Shown here: positions 13,421-27,820 of the stretch, one piece after another
How positions within the stretch are numbered: the stretch's first letter is position 1
Layout: every line of letters begins with the position of its first letter
Origin: Octopus sinensis
Taxonomy: Eukaryota
Direction: 5' to 3'
Length of the DNA: 64,000 nucleotides
Assembly: GCF_006345805.1 (NCBI RefSeq)
Contig: NC_043004.1
Coordinates: 42,532,001-42,596,000, forward strand
Notes under the pieces: model-generated
What the model was told of the DNA's origin: nothing
Databases searched by the model: none
Seen by the model: only the letters and a program-made list of their open reading frames with translations
Program-made: the position numbers and the translations under genes

Positions 13421-14456
13421 AAGAATTAGAATTTTCTGTTATATTTTATGTAATGAACTTGAATATCTATGTTTCGAATTTCATCAAAATTGCTGATAAG
13501 GGTTATTTCCCTCTTTACACACCCTAAAATATTGTAATCGTGCCACATGTATCCGCTACTACATATTTTTATGCGCATATTCCAAAGTTCCACTCTTATT
13601 GAACCTGTTAAAAGGATTTTGCTCGTGAAAAATGAAGGTAATGGAGCTCTAAAATGTGAGAGTTAAGGACCCTGTTGTGGTTGGGTGTCTTAATGTCAAC
13701 CAGATAAGTTGAATTGTTGAGAATCGTTTTAACTTGTGTCCTATATCTATTGTTTGAATTTCTTTAAGATAGGAAATATATGTTCACTGGGTTTGTAAAA
13801 GAGAGCATAGCTACAGAAAACCAAAAGACAAATGATAACAATAAGCAGTCAGCTACCCTACCCTAGTCGTTACCACTCCCAATGTAGGATTCCCCACCAT
13901 CCAGGTGGCAGGCACAGCCGTAAGATGCATTACGAATCTATAGCAATTGGAACGGCGTGACCCAACTGAAATCAACATTAACAACTGTGTGGCGTGAGGG
14001 CTAAGGAGAAATTAAAGTGTCACCTCTGGAGTTTGCAAATGACCACTATACTGATACGTAACTGGACAGAATAAATTTACAATCTATATATGTATTTGGA
14101 TAACCAGTCACACATGTGGGAAGGCCTTGAAATCAATGTTACCATCTGGGGACTATGTATAACCCAGTGATAATAAAAAGACTGAAAGGAGGTCTGTAAT
14201 CAAATAACTTTACTCAACACTTTGCAACTGAATCAGTGGAGGCAAAGATGCCTCTCATTTACTTGACAATTTATACACCACATTGCAGAAATCACAATGT
14301 AAGTGTATGTCAAAGCAAAGTGCTACACTGTTGTACCATTGAATTACAAATAATGCTCATCTTTTATGCTCGGGTAACCCTACAGCTTCTAAGAGTACAA
14401 CTGTATTCGTCTTTGCTTAGATAAAATGACAAAATTGTGGGTGTTAAGTCCCCATG

Positions 14457-14670
14457 AAGGGGGTGGCGAAATGCTTAGTGGTATTTCGTCTGCGTTACGT
14501 TGTGAGTTCAAATTCCGCCGAGGTCGACTTTGCCTTTCATCCTTTCGGGGTCGATAAATTAAGTACCAGTTACGCACTGGGGTCGATGTAATCGACTTAA
14601 TACCTAAGTCTGTCCTTGTTTGTCCCCTCTGTGTTTAGCCCCTTGTGGGTAATAAAGAAATAGGTATTTC
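14457..14670 (+). mobile_element. SINE family C with Deu/Nin-like central domain
   Basis: GTTCAAATTCC B box followed by GAGGTCGACTTTGCCTTTCATCCTTTCGGGGTCGATAAATTAAGTACCAGT. Copies at 15070-15378, 35590-35760, 39685-39840 and 43860-44050. Confidence 0.8.
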
Positions 14671-15069
14671 TAACTTATAACAAGATGAAATTTTATAAAA
14701 ATTACTTCATTTGTGTCTAATATCTGTGATCAAAATTTCCTCAACAGCAAAAATATACGAATTGTCATGGGGGTTATGGCCCTTATGCATAGAATATAAT
14801 TTTGAAATTTCATAAAGATCCATTCAGTACTTTTGACCTATTCTTGGATCATAAAAGAATTGACTTAAGTTTGGGACTAAAATTTCGGTAATTGGTGACA
14901 TATTTGTTACTATCGATTGTGTTTCTTTGATTATAATCCAATGATTTATTTGTGTCATTTGTAATATTACAGTTCGATACGTTATTATCAACTTTCTTTC
15001 CTTTCTTAAAATTATAAGTATCGATAAATATATTGTTTGCATATTATGTATAAAAGCAAACTTAAGATA

Positions 15070-15378
15070 TTCTTTCCTACTCTAGGCACAAGGCCACAAA
15101 ATATTTTGGGGAGGGGGTCAGTCTATTAGATCGACCACAGTACACGACTGCTACTTAATTTATCAACCACATAAGGATGAAAGGGAAAGTCGAACTCGGT
15201 GGAATTTGAACTCAGAACGTAAATACAGACGAAATACCTATTTCTTTACTACCGACAAGGGGCTAAACACAGAGAGGACAAGCAAGGACAGACGAACGGA
15301 TTTTGTCGATTATATCGACCCCAGTGCGTAACTGGTACTTATTTAATCGATCCCGAAAGGATGAAAGGCAAAATCGAG
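15070..15378 (-). mobile_element. Two head-to-tail truncated SINE family C copies
   Basis: Two GGATGAAAGG(G/C)AAA(G/A)TCG domains. The junction uses the shared GAAATACC motif near 15231-15238. Confidence 0.8.
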
Positions 15379-15837
15379 ACTGAAACAATTGTAACAGATA
15401 TCATGCTATACTGATATCTCTATCTTCTATCAAACCTTACACACGCACTCTCACAAACACATACCCGCCCACAACTATATGAGTCTATCCGCCTGCCTGT
15501 TAGTGTACTGTATATATATATATATATATATATTGACATATACATAAACACACATACATACATATATATATAGTAATTATATGATACATGAAATATAACA
15601 ACATGAATAAATATTTGTAAGATTTTTAGAGGTTCTCCTGCTGTGCGATTAATTGAGTTAATTGCTTGACATTCAGTAATTAGGGTCATTAAAACTTTTC
15701 CTACTATCTACACTTTCAATACGGGTATGAGTTTTAAATATTTAATAAGAACTGTTACTGAAAATTATAGAGATGCAGTGCATCGAATCACATAAAAGCG
15801 TATCCAATGGTATATACATATATGTATATATATACAT

Positions 15838-15995
15838 GTATGTATGTATGTATGTATTTATGTATGTATGTATGTATGTATGTATGTATCTATGTATGTA
15901 TGTAAGTATGTATGTATGTATGTATGGATGTATGTATGTATGCATGTATGTATGTATGCATGCATGTATGTATGTATGTTTGTATGTATGTATGT
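15838..15995. repeat. (GTAT)n microsatellite
   Basis: Directly visible. Confidence 0.97.
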
Positions 15996-16143
15996 CATTA
16001 AACAGTTTCATTTCATGAAGGACCCGGTCCCTAACCTAGAGCCAAGACTACTCCACTGGAATTTGAACGTCAACACGGTGTAGGTAGGTAGGTACATATA
16101 TATGTGTATGTATGTATCTGTGTATCTAGCGATGGATGGATGT

Positions 16144-16206
<63 letters not shown>

Positions 16207-16808
16207 TTTCTGTATGTATGGACATAAATATATCATTTTATCTTTATCTATCTGTCGCTATCTATCTATCTATCTATCTACCTGTCTATCTGTCTCTCTT
16301 TATATCTATGTATGTATCTATCAATTTTCTATGAGTCCATGAGTATGTTCTTATATGTATGTGTGTGCATGTGTGCATGTGTGTGCGAGTGTGTGTTTGT
16401 GTTTGTGTGTATGTGTGTGTGTGTAGGTAAGCTTAGACGCACAGACCCACATATATTGTAATACACTGAAATATGTTATTATTTCCACTCATAGGAACAT
16501 ACAGACATATGAAAAGCTGTGAAATATATTACTTTGACAATGTTATGTAAATTTTAAAGTCACTTCCATTGAAAGATATAAAAAATCCTCGTTTCTGACA
16601 TTTAGTTCCCAATAGTCATTATATTCATATCTTGTATCCTGTCTCTTGTCAGAAGGCGAGAAAGGATATTTTCTGTTTTCGAAATATAACATACATACAT
16701 ACATACATACATACATACATACATACAACATACATACATACATACATACATACATACATACATACATAACATGCATACATACATTCATATATAAATACGT
16801 ACATGCAT

Positions 16809-16845
<37 letters not shown>

Positions 16846-16957
16846 CATATGCATCTATGTGTATATCTCTATATACATACATAAACATATATATATATAT
16901 ACACATATATGCATAGACATATATATATATATCTATATCTATCTATCTATCTATCTA

Positions 16958-16994
<37 letters not shown>

Positions 16995-17017
16995 ATATAT
17001 ATATATACATATCTATA

Positions 17018-17096
<79 letters not shown>

Positions 17097-17533
17097 TATA
17101 TGTACACGGAAAATAACAAAGGTCAAATTCTCGTGTGAGCCATTAATGCTACATGTCTTTGTAATCGCAGTGAATTTCATGGATAGTTAGTTGGGGTAAA
17201 ATTGTTTCTGTTTTTCACTTTATGAATTGTCATTGATAAGTTATGTCATGAAATATTACACAGCATGTCTTGTATTAAAGAAGAACGTGGAAACTATTCA
17301 AAATAAAGCAAAGCATGCAAAATATGAAATCCAAAAGGGAAAGCAATAATGTTAATAACATTGAGAATCAGTGGGCGATATTTTGTTATTCTTTTACACG
17401 TGATTTCGCAACAAATTTCATTGTGTATATACATACGATGGCGTATTGCATAGCCCATGCCAATAAATGTGGTCGCGTTGTTCATACTTGTTCCGGCAAA
17501 AGGCTGTATCTAGATGCCCATACAGCAATTTGT

Positions 17534-17830
17534 GGAGGCACATGGCCTAGTGGTTAGAGCAGCGGACTCGTGGTCGAGGGATCGCGGGTCCGAATCTCAG
17601 ACCGGGCGATGTGTGTGTTTATGAGCGAAAGCACCTAAGCTCCAGGCGGCTCCAGCAGAAGGTAATAGCGAATTTCTGCTGACTCTTTCGCCAAAACTTT
17701 CTCTTAGTCTTTCCTCCTGCATTTAGCAGCTCACCTGCGACATACTGGCGTCCCATCCATGTGGGGAACCTATTCGCCAATGAAAACGGGAAACCGGCCC
17801 TTATGAGCCAGGCATGGCTCGAGAAGGAAC
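17534..17830 (+). mobile_element. tRNA-derived SINE, family D
   Basis: A box TGGCCTAGTGGTTAGAG, B-box-like GGTCCGAATCTC; tail GAAACCGGCCCTTATGAGCCAGGCATGGCTCGAGAAGGAAC. Confidence 0.75.
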
Positions 17831-18673
17831 ATACTGCAATTTCTTGATTTACGACGGCCAGACGGAGCTACTCTGAAAACAAGAAGGCAGTATTTAAAAA
17901 TCTTTCACGAGAAAATATTATTTTCTGAGCACATGTTGATATAACATCTTTTGCACAAACGTTCCGATTTCATTCACCAATTATCTTAGTCACTGATATT
18001 TTTAATGGTTGAGTGTATGTTGAGGTACTGGTGTGTGTCGAAGTAGTCACTCGTAAAAGGCCCTCAACTTCTTCTCCAAACAACTCTATTGCAAACTTAA
18101 AACCAAGGTGCACGCGTGCTTACACCTCTGTCGATGTAAACAGGATAGGCTTTCCATCTCGACGAAAAATGATTGGACGTCTAACTTGGTCTGTATTTAG
18201 AATACACGGGGTTTAAACATTAGTGCATGCCCATATTCACATCCTGCTATTGTGATTTTCTTCCAATCTGATACAGTTGTGTATTATATAGATTGGGCCG
18301 AGTCATTATGTATTTAGAATATTCTGATGTATTAAACCAAATGGAATGTCATAAAGTGGACACCATATAAATATTCAGTTTATTATATACATTTCAGCGT
18401 AAGTAATTCTACATGATTATTCTACACGATAAAGAAAAGAATTATGTTGCAGCCATCACCACACACTTTAAGTGATTATAAATTTCTATCCTCGAATGAG
18501 GATAGAAAACTCCGAATGATCCGTCCTGGCTTTCCTTGCATCGTCTGGGTGGATGTTTTGCGTTCTTGTCCCATTTGTGTAGTTTTTATGTATAAAATAT
18601 AGCGGCGTACATAAACTTTGGTCTCTGCCTGTCTGTCTGTCTCTCTCTATGTATATATATGTATATATATATG

Positions 18674-18723
<50 letters not shown>

Positions 18724-18729
18724 AAAACA

Positions 18730-19155
18730 CTAGCTGAATTATCCAGCCTTGCCTATGTTAGTGCTGTTATTATTCAGATTAGTAACAATTAATATTAAGG
18801 ACTCGCGTTTTACTCGAGTTAAAAACTCATAGCCTTAACACAGTACTATTTGCTTGCTTAAGATTAGTGTATTTCTCAGAAAGTAATGCTTACTTTTAAT
18901 AATCAATGGTTTTAAACTTCTGTACATTACATGCACATATTATTCATGTAAGTGATGCTTCATATACATTGTTTTCTGTATTGCCATGTTTATCACTGAG
19001 AATATAAACGTTGTTTTCATTTCCAACTCTGGAAACTCCAGTATACAGCTGACCGTGTGAAAAGCATGGTTGAAGGAGGTTAAGCCCCACCACCTTTAGA
19101 GATTGACCTTGTGCTTTGTTGATAGACATTTCAAAGCTCAGTTTGACAGGAAACT
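18730..19155 (-). mobile_element. Helitron 3' fragment (PIF1-like helicase C-terminus plus CTAG end)
   Basis: FPVKLSFEMSINKAQGQSLKVVGLNLLQPCFSHGQLYTGVSRVG matches helicase motifs V-VI of Helitron RepHel. CTAG at 18730-18733 is followed by T on the minus strand. Confidence 0.9.
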
Positions 19156-21663
19156 TCTATTTCTTCTTTCTCCCCACTTTTTCTCTTTACCTCTCTCTTT
19201 CACCTAACGCTGAATTTTCTGCGCTTATTATTTATTTCGTCTTTACCCTTCGTCCATCGCCTTGAATTACTTTTATTCACTTTCGTATGTCTACTTCTGT
19301 ATCGCCTGTATTCCATGTATTGTTTTTTCTCGGTTCATTATTCTCCGCAAATTTTGCAGGCACCGTCACCATGGGATACATCTCTGTCCTATCGCTAATG
19401 ATGTGAAACTGAATAATACTATGTGAAGGCCAACTGATGAATAAATATGGAGCTTCTGTCTTTGTTTTCCGTCCGTGTGTGCACTCATTATACGGTTCTC
19501 CGTTCGTCTGTGCATTCATTACAGGTTTTCTTTCGTTTGGGCATTTACTATACATGTTTTCATATATAAATCTATATATATATATATATATATATATCCG
19601 CATATACATATGGGTATGTATTCGTGTGTGGTGTATGCATATATAATTTGTAAATTCGCTTATATCGAAATAATAAGAAAACCGTGCCCTCTAAAACACG
19701 TTTTGAGCTCTAATAAAGGAAAGTACATCCTAACCTCATAAACACATGAGAGATCATGAACGCTATGAATGTGTAGAGAAAGTTAAAATGATGGAAGGAA
19801 AATTCCACGGAAAACCTATGTAATGGCATAGGCTTCTCGCTTTAATTCTTCCAGAAAACACATCTAGAAATGAGAGGCCTATGCATGTAATAAAAAGCGA
19901 AATGACTTCTGCTGCATCTTTCATATTTTTGCCTGACAAGAACATCAGATTGGCTTAAGAAAAACAAACAGATTATTACATAATTGGATCTACTTTACCT
20001 TTTATGCTTTTATAATCACGTATATTCCATCAATGTCGTTGAATCTAAACCATGCAATATTTTGAAAAACTGACTTGGCTGCAGCTGCGTAGATACGGTA
20101 ATTAATTTTCGAGAAATACTGTTAATACGGCACATAACGCACATGCATTGTGTATTTAGATAGTGTCTTGTTCTCAATATCCTATTCCAAAACCACATTC
20201 CCAGGAGTAATCACACGAATATATTAAACGAATATTCGAGATTTTAACGAAAACAGAGTGTAATAAAGTCCCGGTGGCATTAGAAATACATGCATTTAGC
20301 TATAATTGCTAAGATTGATTACGTATAATCTCAGTCATGTATAAACAGGGCGAATCAGAGGACAAACTCCACTCTTGTTCTACTGAAAGAGATGCGATTT
20401 ATGTATTTCGAAACAGTGATTTTTATTTTCGTAAAATGATAGTCTTAATAGCATATCCCCACAATATTATATCTTAGTAGGTTTAGAAAAAAACTCTATT
20501 ATGTCAAGTAGCATTACTTCTTTTAAAGGCGGTGATCTGGCGCAGTCACCAGCACTCTGCGTATTTTCTAAAAGAAGTGAATCGAAGTAAAAAGACATCA
20601 TCTAAAGTACCTGAACGACTATGAGTCAGGACATTAGAGAATGCAGTATTTTGGGGTATACCAGTGCGTTGTATGATGGTGACTTTATAGAATATAGCTA
20701 TTCAGGGTCAGCGCTAAGTTAATGGATAGTTAACAGGATATCAACGATTGTATGCCGGACGATAGGAATGAGACTGTTTGGACGTGTTGTAGCCTACGAT
20801 ATTGTAAGCGATTTTATTTCGAAAGCTACTACCTAGACACACTGAAGCATTTATTTATATTTTGCGATGCCCCTGGCATATGGGTGTTGTGAAATATCAT
20901 CCTAGCCAACTTCAGTAAGCTTCTAACTATGTTTGAAGTGACACTGAAATAGAAGTGAATATTTAATCAGATTACAGATCGCTTTCTATGGATCTTCGGG
21001 ATTGAAAGGTAGAAATTTAATAATACCGGTTAATAGAGCAAAGAGGACATTATCAGTATGAAATGTAAGTAAAGTGATAGAAGCCAAAATGAAAAGACGT
21101 CAAAATGAAAATGTCAGATTTTGGCATAGAGTTACATGATGACTAATGTCTGTATGTATTGGACACATGGATATATACATACAAGCATACATACAAGCAT
21201 ACATACATACATACATACATACATACATACATACATACATACATACATACATACCTGCATACACACGCACTCGCACACACATACGAACACATATACACAC
21301 ATTTTTGGTACTGTTCATCAACTTATGGAAAACAACAAAACATTGATTGATGGTGGTACACTTCACCTTTTGCATAGAAGAAGTTGACGGCACATTCATG
21401 CAGTTGAATAAACTGTTACAGGCAAAACTGAATACATAGTCAATTTGCTCTGTCAACGCACAGACATATACATATCTATCACCTTCTTTATTCGATGAAG
21501 GAAACACACGAATAAAGAAAACTTATAGTTCTTACACAATTTCTTCTAATTATTCTTTTGCTTTACATTTTTCTTTCAGATTCTATATTATTTCATATCG
21601 AATTTGTTTTAGAGGTCTCATGAAGTGACATCATTTCGTAAATTTTATATGCATGCATTAATA

Positions 21664-21697
21664 TATCTATCTATCTATCAATCTATCTATCTATCTA

Positions 21698-21776
<79 letters not shown>

Positions 21777-21777
21777 A

Positions 21778-21806
<29 letters not shown>
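21664..21806. repeat. (ATCT)n microsatellite
   Basis: Directly visible. Confidence 0.97.
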
Positions 21807-21808
<2 letters not shown>

Positions 21809-22059
21809 ATATATATATATATATATATGCTGAGTATTTGCAATAAAAGAAAGACGAAGATGGGTGTGTAAACAACAAACAGCTGTATATTGGTTTAACG
21901 CTCGGAAAGTGAGAAAGTTTTTTATATGTAGGTATATATATATATATCAGAGTATTGTCGTTCGCTCAAAGTATTGTGTATTGTTTGTAAAATATAACGT
22001 GTCTTGAATGGCACAACAATGCAGAGTGGACTACAATAACTGTTATAATTTAATTACCC

Positions 22060-22800
22060 ATAGTCTAATGAAACAATATTTCGGAATATAAAACTTCCTT
22101 CTTCAGATATCGCTAGGAATTGATACAGTTACTACTAGAATCGGTTTTGCAACGGTTGCTGAAATGTTTTTTTCCCGGAAGTGTCTCTGCAGTGGTCTCA
22201 CGAAGCTCCTACCGGAATTCCTCATGAAAAGCACATGAGGGGGACTATGTTTCAAGCTTGTGTGTGTTGGCACATCCGCAGCACTGCTTTTAAGTTATGT
22301 ATTATTCGTGTAGTTGACATTTAAAAAAAATAATACATGCGCATGTTGTCAAAATTGAACCTACACGCATCCAGATGTAGCTAAATGATATAATGCTTGC
22401 CATCCTCCATCCTGTTAATTTAAGGCCCTAGTCTGTCTATGAGGATAGCTTCCTTAATTCTTAGATTACCTGAATTTCTTTCGTCGGTCTCACTTTTGAC
22501 CGTTATGCTTTTGTCGGTGTTCCGGCACCTATCTAGATGTTTTCTGAAGGAGGAGGCTCTCGTGTTTAGATGTTTTTTTGATACGAATGTGTAAGGGTCT
22601 TGTACTACCCACATAGAACTTGTTGCATTTGTTACATTGTATTCGATACACAACGTTTACCTGTTGGCATGAATCTGTGTCGCAAATGGGGCAGTTAGCT
22701 AGTGTGCATTGATTACTGTCCCTTGCTCGTTTCTCTGCTTGGTGTCTTCTCAGAAAGGGTCCGGAGTGGGCTAGTTGTAAGGCTAATCCTTCTCTTCTTA
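22060..22800 (-). mobile_element. Penelope-like element 3' fragment: Cys-rich GIY-YIG endonuclease plus tail with HHR-like core
   Basis: CTLANCPICDTDSCQQVNVVYRIQCNKCNKFYVGSTRPLHIRIK / (1-nt frameshift in A7 at ~22573-22579) KHLNTRASSFRKHLDRC...NLRIKEAILIDRLGP. Downstream CTGAAGA-A-GGAA..TTCC-GAAA at 22078-22106 (-). Confidence 0.85.
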
Positions 22801-22855
22801 TGCTTTGTTAAAATCGCTGTTTCGTTTCAGAAAAAGGTAATTAAAATTCATTAAA

Positions 22856-23890
22856 ATGAAAGATCTATCGGACTATCAAAGAGGTCAAATTTTTGGTGTT
22901 CATATGGCAGGCACTAGCGTAATGAAAACAGCCGAAATATTTGGTGCATCAAGAAGTACTGTCTCGAAAGTAATTACTGCCTTAGAGAAAGAGGGTACCA
23001 CCTCCTCGTCGAAACAAAACTTCGGTAGAACACCAAAACTTTCAGATAGGGACCTTTGGAAGCTTACGCGAATTGTTAGAAAGAATCACTACAGCTCAGC
23101 TCCCAAAATTACTGCAGAGCTTAATGTTCGCCTCGAGAACAAAGTTTCCACAAAAAACTGTTCGCCGGGAGCTGCACAACGCTAGATTTCACGGGTGGGC
23201 TGCAAACAAAAAACCACTACTTTCAAAAACAAACGTTGCAAAGCGTTTAGAGTGGAGTAAAAACCTACGGAATTGCTCCCTAGAGTAGTGGAAGAAATTT
23301 ATTTTCTCGGACGAGTCATCATCTACCTTAATTCTGACCACCGGCCGAGTATATATGTGGAGACAGCCAAAAGAAGCATTTGACCCAGACTACCTTCTTC
23401 CAACTGTTAAACATGGAGGAGGATCAGTAATGGTCTGGAGAGCTATATCCTGGAAATGCGACGGCCCAATGGTTTCCCTTTATGGCAGAATTTATTGTCA
23501 AGTCTATTTAAATTCATCCTATCTATGCAGAACTGTTTCCGGATGGAAATGAAATCTTTCAGGATAATAATGCACCAATTCACACAGCTAAAGTTGTTAC
23601 TGAATGGCACGCGGAACATTCTAGTGAAGATGAACATCTTATCTGGCCAGCACGGTCCCCAGATCTCAATATTATTGAACATTTATAGTGCATTTTCGGA
23701 AAACAAGTAAGGAGTCGATATTCACCACCATCATCACTACAAGAACTGGAGACAGTTTTAGCTGAAGAATGGACAGAAATTTGTATTAGTCCATACCTCG
23801 TAGAATTCAAACAGTAATTACTGCCAAAGTCAGTCCTACCCCATATTAAGATATATTTGTTTGAAAATTTAAGGCGTTTCAATTATTTTG
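22856..23890 (+). mobile_element. Tc1-family transposon relic (DD34E-type), frameshifted
   Basis: HTH MKDLSDYQRGQI, FSDES, PTVKHGGGSVMVW, IFQDNNAPIHTAK, WPARSPDLNIIEHL. TIR-like TTTCAATTATTTTGTCCAAC at the 3' end. Confidence 0.92.
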
Positions 23891-23911
23891 TCCAACGCCT
23901 ACACACATACA

Positions 23912-23947
<36 letters not shown>

Positions 23948-24217
23948 TATATATATTGGGTAATGAAGAACTTTGAAATTGCACCTAGAAAATACCTCCG
24001 AGGCTCGAGCCCAGCCATGGTTGTTTACGGAGGCCCATGTATATAATATTCCATGCCCCACGCCACCAGTGTTCCAACTCATTTCTACACGAACTAGAGT
24101 AACGTCAATAAAGTGTCGTGTTCAAAACACAACATACAGCCCTGCCCGGGAATGGTACTCACTATCTCATGATTGTGGGCCCGATATCCTGGATACTGAG
24201 CCATGTGCGTTCACAGC

Positions 24218-24259
<42 letters not shown>

Positions 24260-24350
24260 ATATATATATACGTATGTATATATGTATATATAAATATATG
24301 CATATGCATATATATCTATATCTATATATGTATATATAAATATATGCATA

Positions 24351-24386
<36 letters not shown>

Positions 24387-24916
24387 TTCGCAGTTTTACG
24401 TTCTCTTTCTAATTGTGAATACATAATCTCAGTGGGGTGCGTGACGTAAGATATTTTAAAGAGATATTTACTAAGATTCTTCTTCAGAGAATATCCTCTC
24501 CGTGTATATCCTGTTCAACACGCCATATGTGCTCATATGCTAGAATCGAATAGCATAAATCATGAGAAATTCAATACTCTAACTTCCAAGACATACAAGA
24601 TGAAAAGATAATGCTACGTAGAACAATTAATTTTTGTCATTTTACGAGAATTGGAAGTCGAATATTGTAACGTATTTTAAATCGTTCTAGCATGATATAG
24701 TCAATCCTTTCATTTCTAAAATTCCATCCAAACGTCGTAGCTATAACATTTACTTTAATCGTGTAATTCTATTCTTACATTAAATGAAAACAATATCTAT
24801 TTTACTTTTTTCCCTCACATTACGTGAAACAAATATTAATTTTAAAGTCACCATACCTGCCTTTCTACGATACATCTTTTTAATACATATTCACTAAAAG
24901 ACGTATATATACATAT

Positions 24917-24990
<74 letters not shown>

Positions 24991-25089
24991 TAATATATAT
25001 ATATACGTCTTTTAGTGAATATGTATTAAAAAGATGTATCGTAGAAATACATATTCACTAAAAGACGTATATATACATATACATATATA

Positions 25090-25159
<70 letters not shown>

Positions 25160-25162
<3 letters not shown>

Positions 25163-25330
25163 TGTTATATTTCGGAATGGTCATATTGCCAGTTTAGCCA
25201 ATAAAAACACACGTACTATATATTTGGTGTTATTTTGCTTCAGTGATATTTATTTTTTACATTAATCTTAATCTTATTTCGGCCAGAGTTCTTTCGTCAC
25301 ACTCCTGTGACCGCATCAGTGGTCCTTTGT
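25160..25330 (-). mobile_element. PLE-terminus-like repeat with degenerate HHR cores
   Basis: Minus strand CTGATGC-G-GTCAC-AGGAGT-GTGAC-GAAA (25290-25320) and CTGAAG...TTCCGAAA (25168-25242). Both are non-canonical. Confidence 0.45.
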
Positions 25331-25702
25331 TTTCTTCTCACTTATTTGTGTCTCTCCTTACTAACCGTCAGCCATTTTGTATTTCTATTGTACGTCTTCA
25401 TTTGCGCATGCTTATATCTCTGTGTGCGTCTATGTTTATTTAGTGTGTGTGTGGGGGGATGCCTGTAATATTTGTATCTTCTGTTTATATACATTCATGT
25501 AATTTGTATTTTGTTTTTGTTGTTGTTGCTTTTGTTCTAATTGTGTTCATGTGTTTACATCCACCCATTATTATCATTACATATGCTTGTATGTATGTGT
25601 ATGTATAACAACAATATTAGTAATAATAATAATAAATCTAATCGAAAAAAACAAAAAACAATATATATATATATATATACATATACACACATATATACAC
25701 AT

Positions 25703-25755
<53 letters not shown>

Positions 25756-26084
25756 CATATACATACATAGATATATATACATATATATATAGTTATTCAT
25801 TTCTATTTGTTTATTTATCTGTGTATTTATTATGTTTTCGGGAACCTCTATCGAAATATAACAATATCTGTTTCAACACACGACTTCACATAAAAAATCT
25901 TGCACAACAAATATTTAAACGTATATATATATATATATAATTATATATATATGTATATATACGTCTTTTAGTGAATATGTATTAAAAAGATGTATCGTAG
26001 AAAGACAGGTATGGTGACTTTAAAATTAATATTTATATTATAATATTTATATTATAGATAGATAGATAGAGATAGATACACAGA

Positions 26085-26134
<50 letters not shown>

Positions 26135-26146
26135 TATATATATATA

Positions 26147-26177
<31 letters not shown>

Positions 26178-26472
26178 GTACATCTGTGTATTTATATCTA
26201 TCTATCTATCTATAATATAAATAAATTATATATGCATATGTACACACATACATGTACATGTCTACATATATATGTATATATACATGCATATATATGTAGA
26301 GGATGTCAAACAAAAAGCTAGAACATTATATACAAAATTAGGGAAAGCAAACTTTCTTTCGAAAAACTAAGGAAACCGATAGACAGGCAACATAAAGAAC
26401 ATTCCCATCATCAGTTGTCCCCTGCTTTATCTACTCCGCATTTCGAAATATATATATATATATTTGTGTGTA

Positions 26473-26505
<33 letters not shown>

Positions 26506-26689
26506 TTGTGTGTGTGTCTAGAGAGAGAATTAGATGCTTAGTTGGATTTGATACTTAAGTACATGGTGCCTGCCCCCTCGTTATCGAGTATGGGCATTGC
26601 ACGAAGCTTAATCAATGTTGTTATCGTGCAATGCCATTGCAAGAAGATTTTTTTTTTAAAGTTAGGAAAGGCTGTGCATTGAGTCAATC

Positions 26690-27110
26690 CCACTCACTAA
26701 GCAGCAGCAGCCATAATCCGAACAGAAGAAGTCAACATCATCGGTAACAACTGAAGCGCAGATTTTATGTCGGAGTTATCCCAGTTGCCTGAGTTATCTT
26801 CTCCTAGAAGGATGCCCTAACAAAGGCTAGGAGTCCTTCATTCCCAATGGTTTAAGCGCGCGATCGGGTATTCAGTCCGATTATTTCTCTGTCCCCGCGC
26901 ATGATACAACCTTAAGACCTTTGGGTGGCCGTTGGCTCTCAAGAGTTTCTCCACCCTTTGACGGGTTTTGTTTTTCATCGAGCAAGTGTCCAATAAACAG
27001 CCTCCTCACCAAGCAAGCTTTGTGGAGTTGCCGGTTTAGTCGCCGAGGGCCGATCATACAACAGGTTGTACTGGGTTACATGTTACCAGTGGCACTCGAA
27101 AGTGACCTGA
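26690..27110 (-). mobile_element. Probable LINE (RTE-type) 5'-UTR relic
   Basis: GC-rich island with CTTCTCCTAGAAGGATGCCCTAACAAAGGCTAGGAG, resembling the reverse complement of RTE 5' leaders as I recall them. No ORF support. Confidence 0.3.
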
Positions 27111-27820
27111 TATATTAAGTACATACATACATGATTTAAGTACATACATACATGCATACATGGATGCGTATATACATACATAATATACACATATATATAT
27201 ACATACATGTACTTATATTTCTCTGCAATTTAGGGGAGTATACGATAGCAATGGTAGATTTTAATTTTCTGTAATCTATCTTTCAATTTAATGTTTATGT
27301 ATCTCGCAAAATAATTGAAAGTAATTGTATTTTAGAAAGATATATGTGTGCTTGAGTGCTATGTGTTTGTGTGTGTATGTGGTGTGTGTACATGTGTGTA
27401 TATGTGAGTGTGCGTGCGTGTTTGTATGTGTCTGTGCGTGTTTGTTGGAATGTACATTCGAAGATTAGTATTTTGATGGTAGTTTAAGTAAAACAATGTT
27501 GTTATACTTGGTACGTTGGTGAATCAACACCGAAAAAAGCATCGCATTTAGTGAATAACGCCAGTTAACTGGGAGGTCAAGATCCATCTCCCCTCTTACT
27601 CAACGAGCATCTCCCCCCCTCTCTCTCTCTCTCTTGCTGTCTTTATCTTTTTCCTCTCTTCTCCACTCATATGTATACGCACTCAAACACGCACATACGT
27701 ATGAATGTATACATGTATGCATGCAGCTGCATATTCATGTATGTACGTACGTTTGTATCATCAAAATGATGAACACGTAATGATTGTTACTTCACACATA
27801 ATTCATGCGTATGTCAACAG

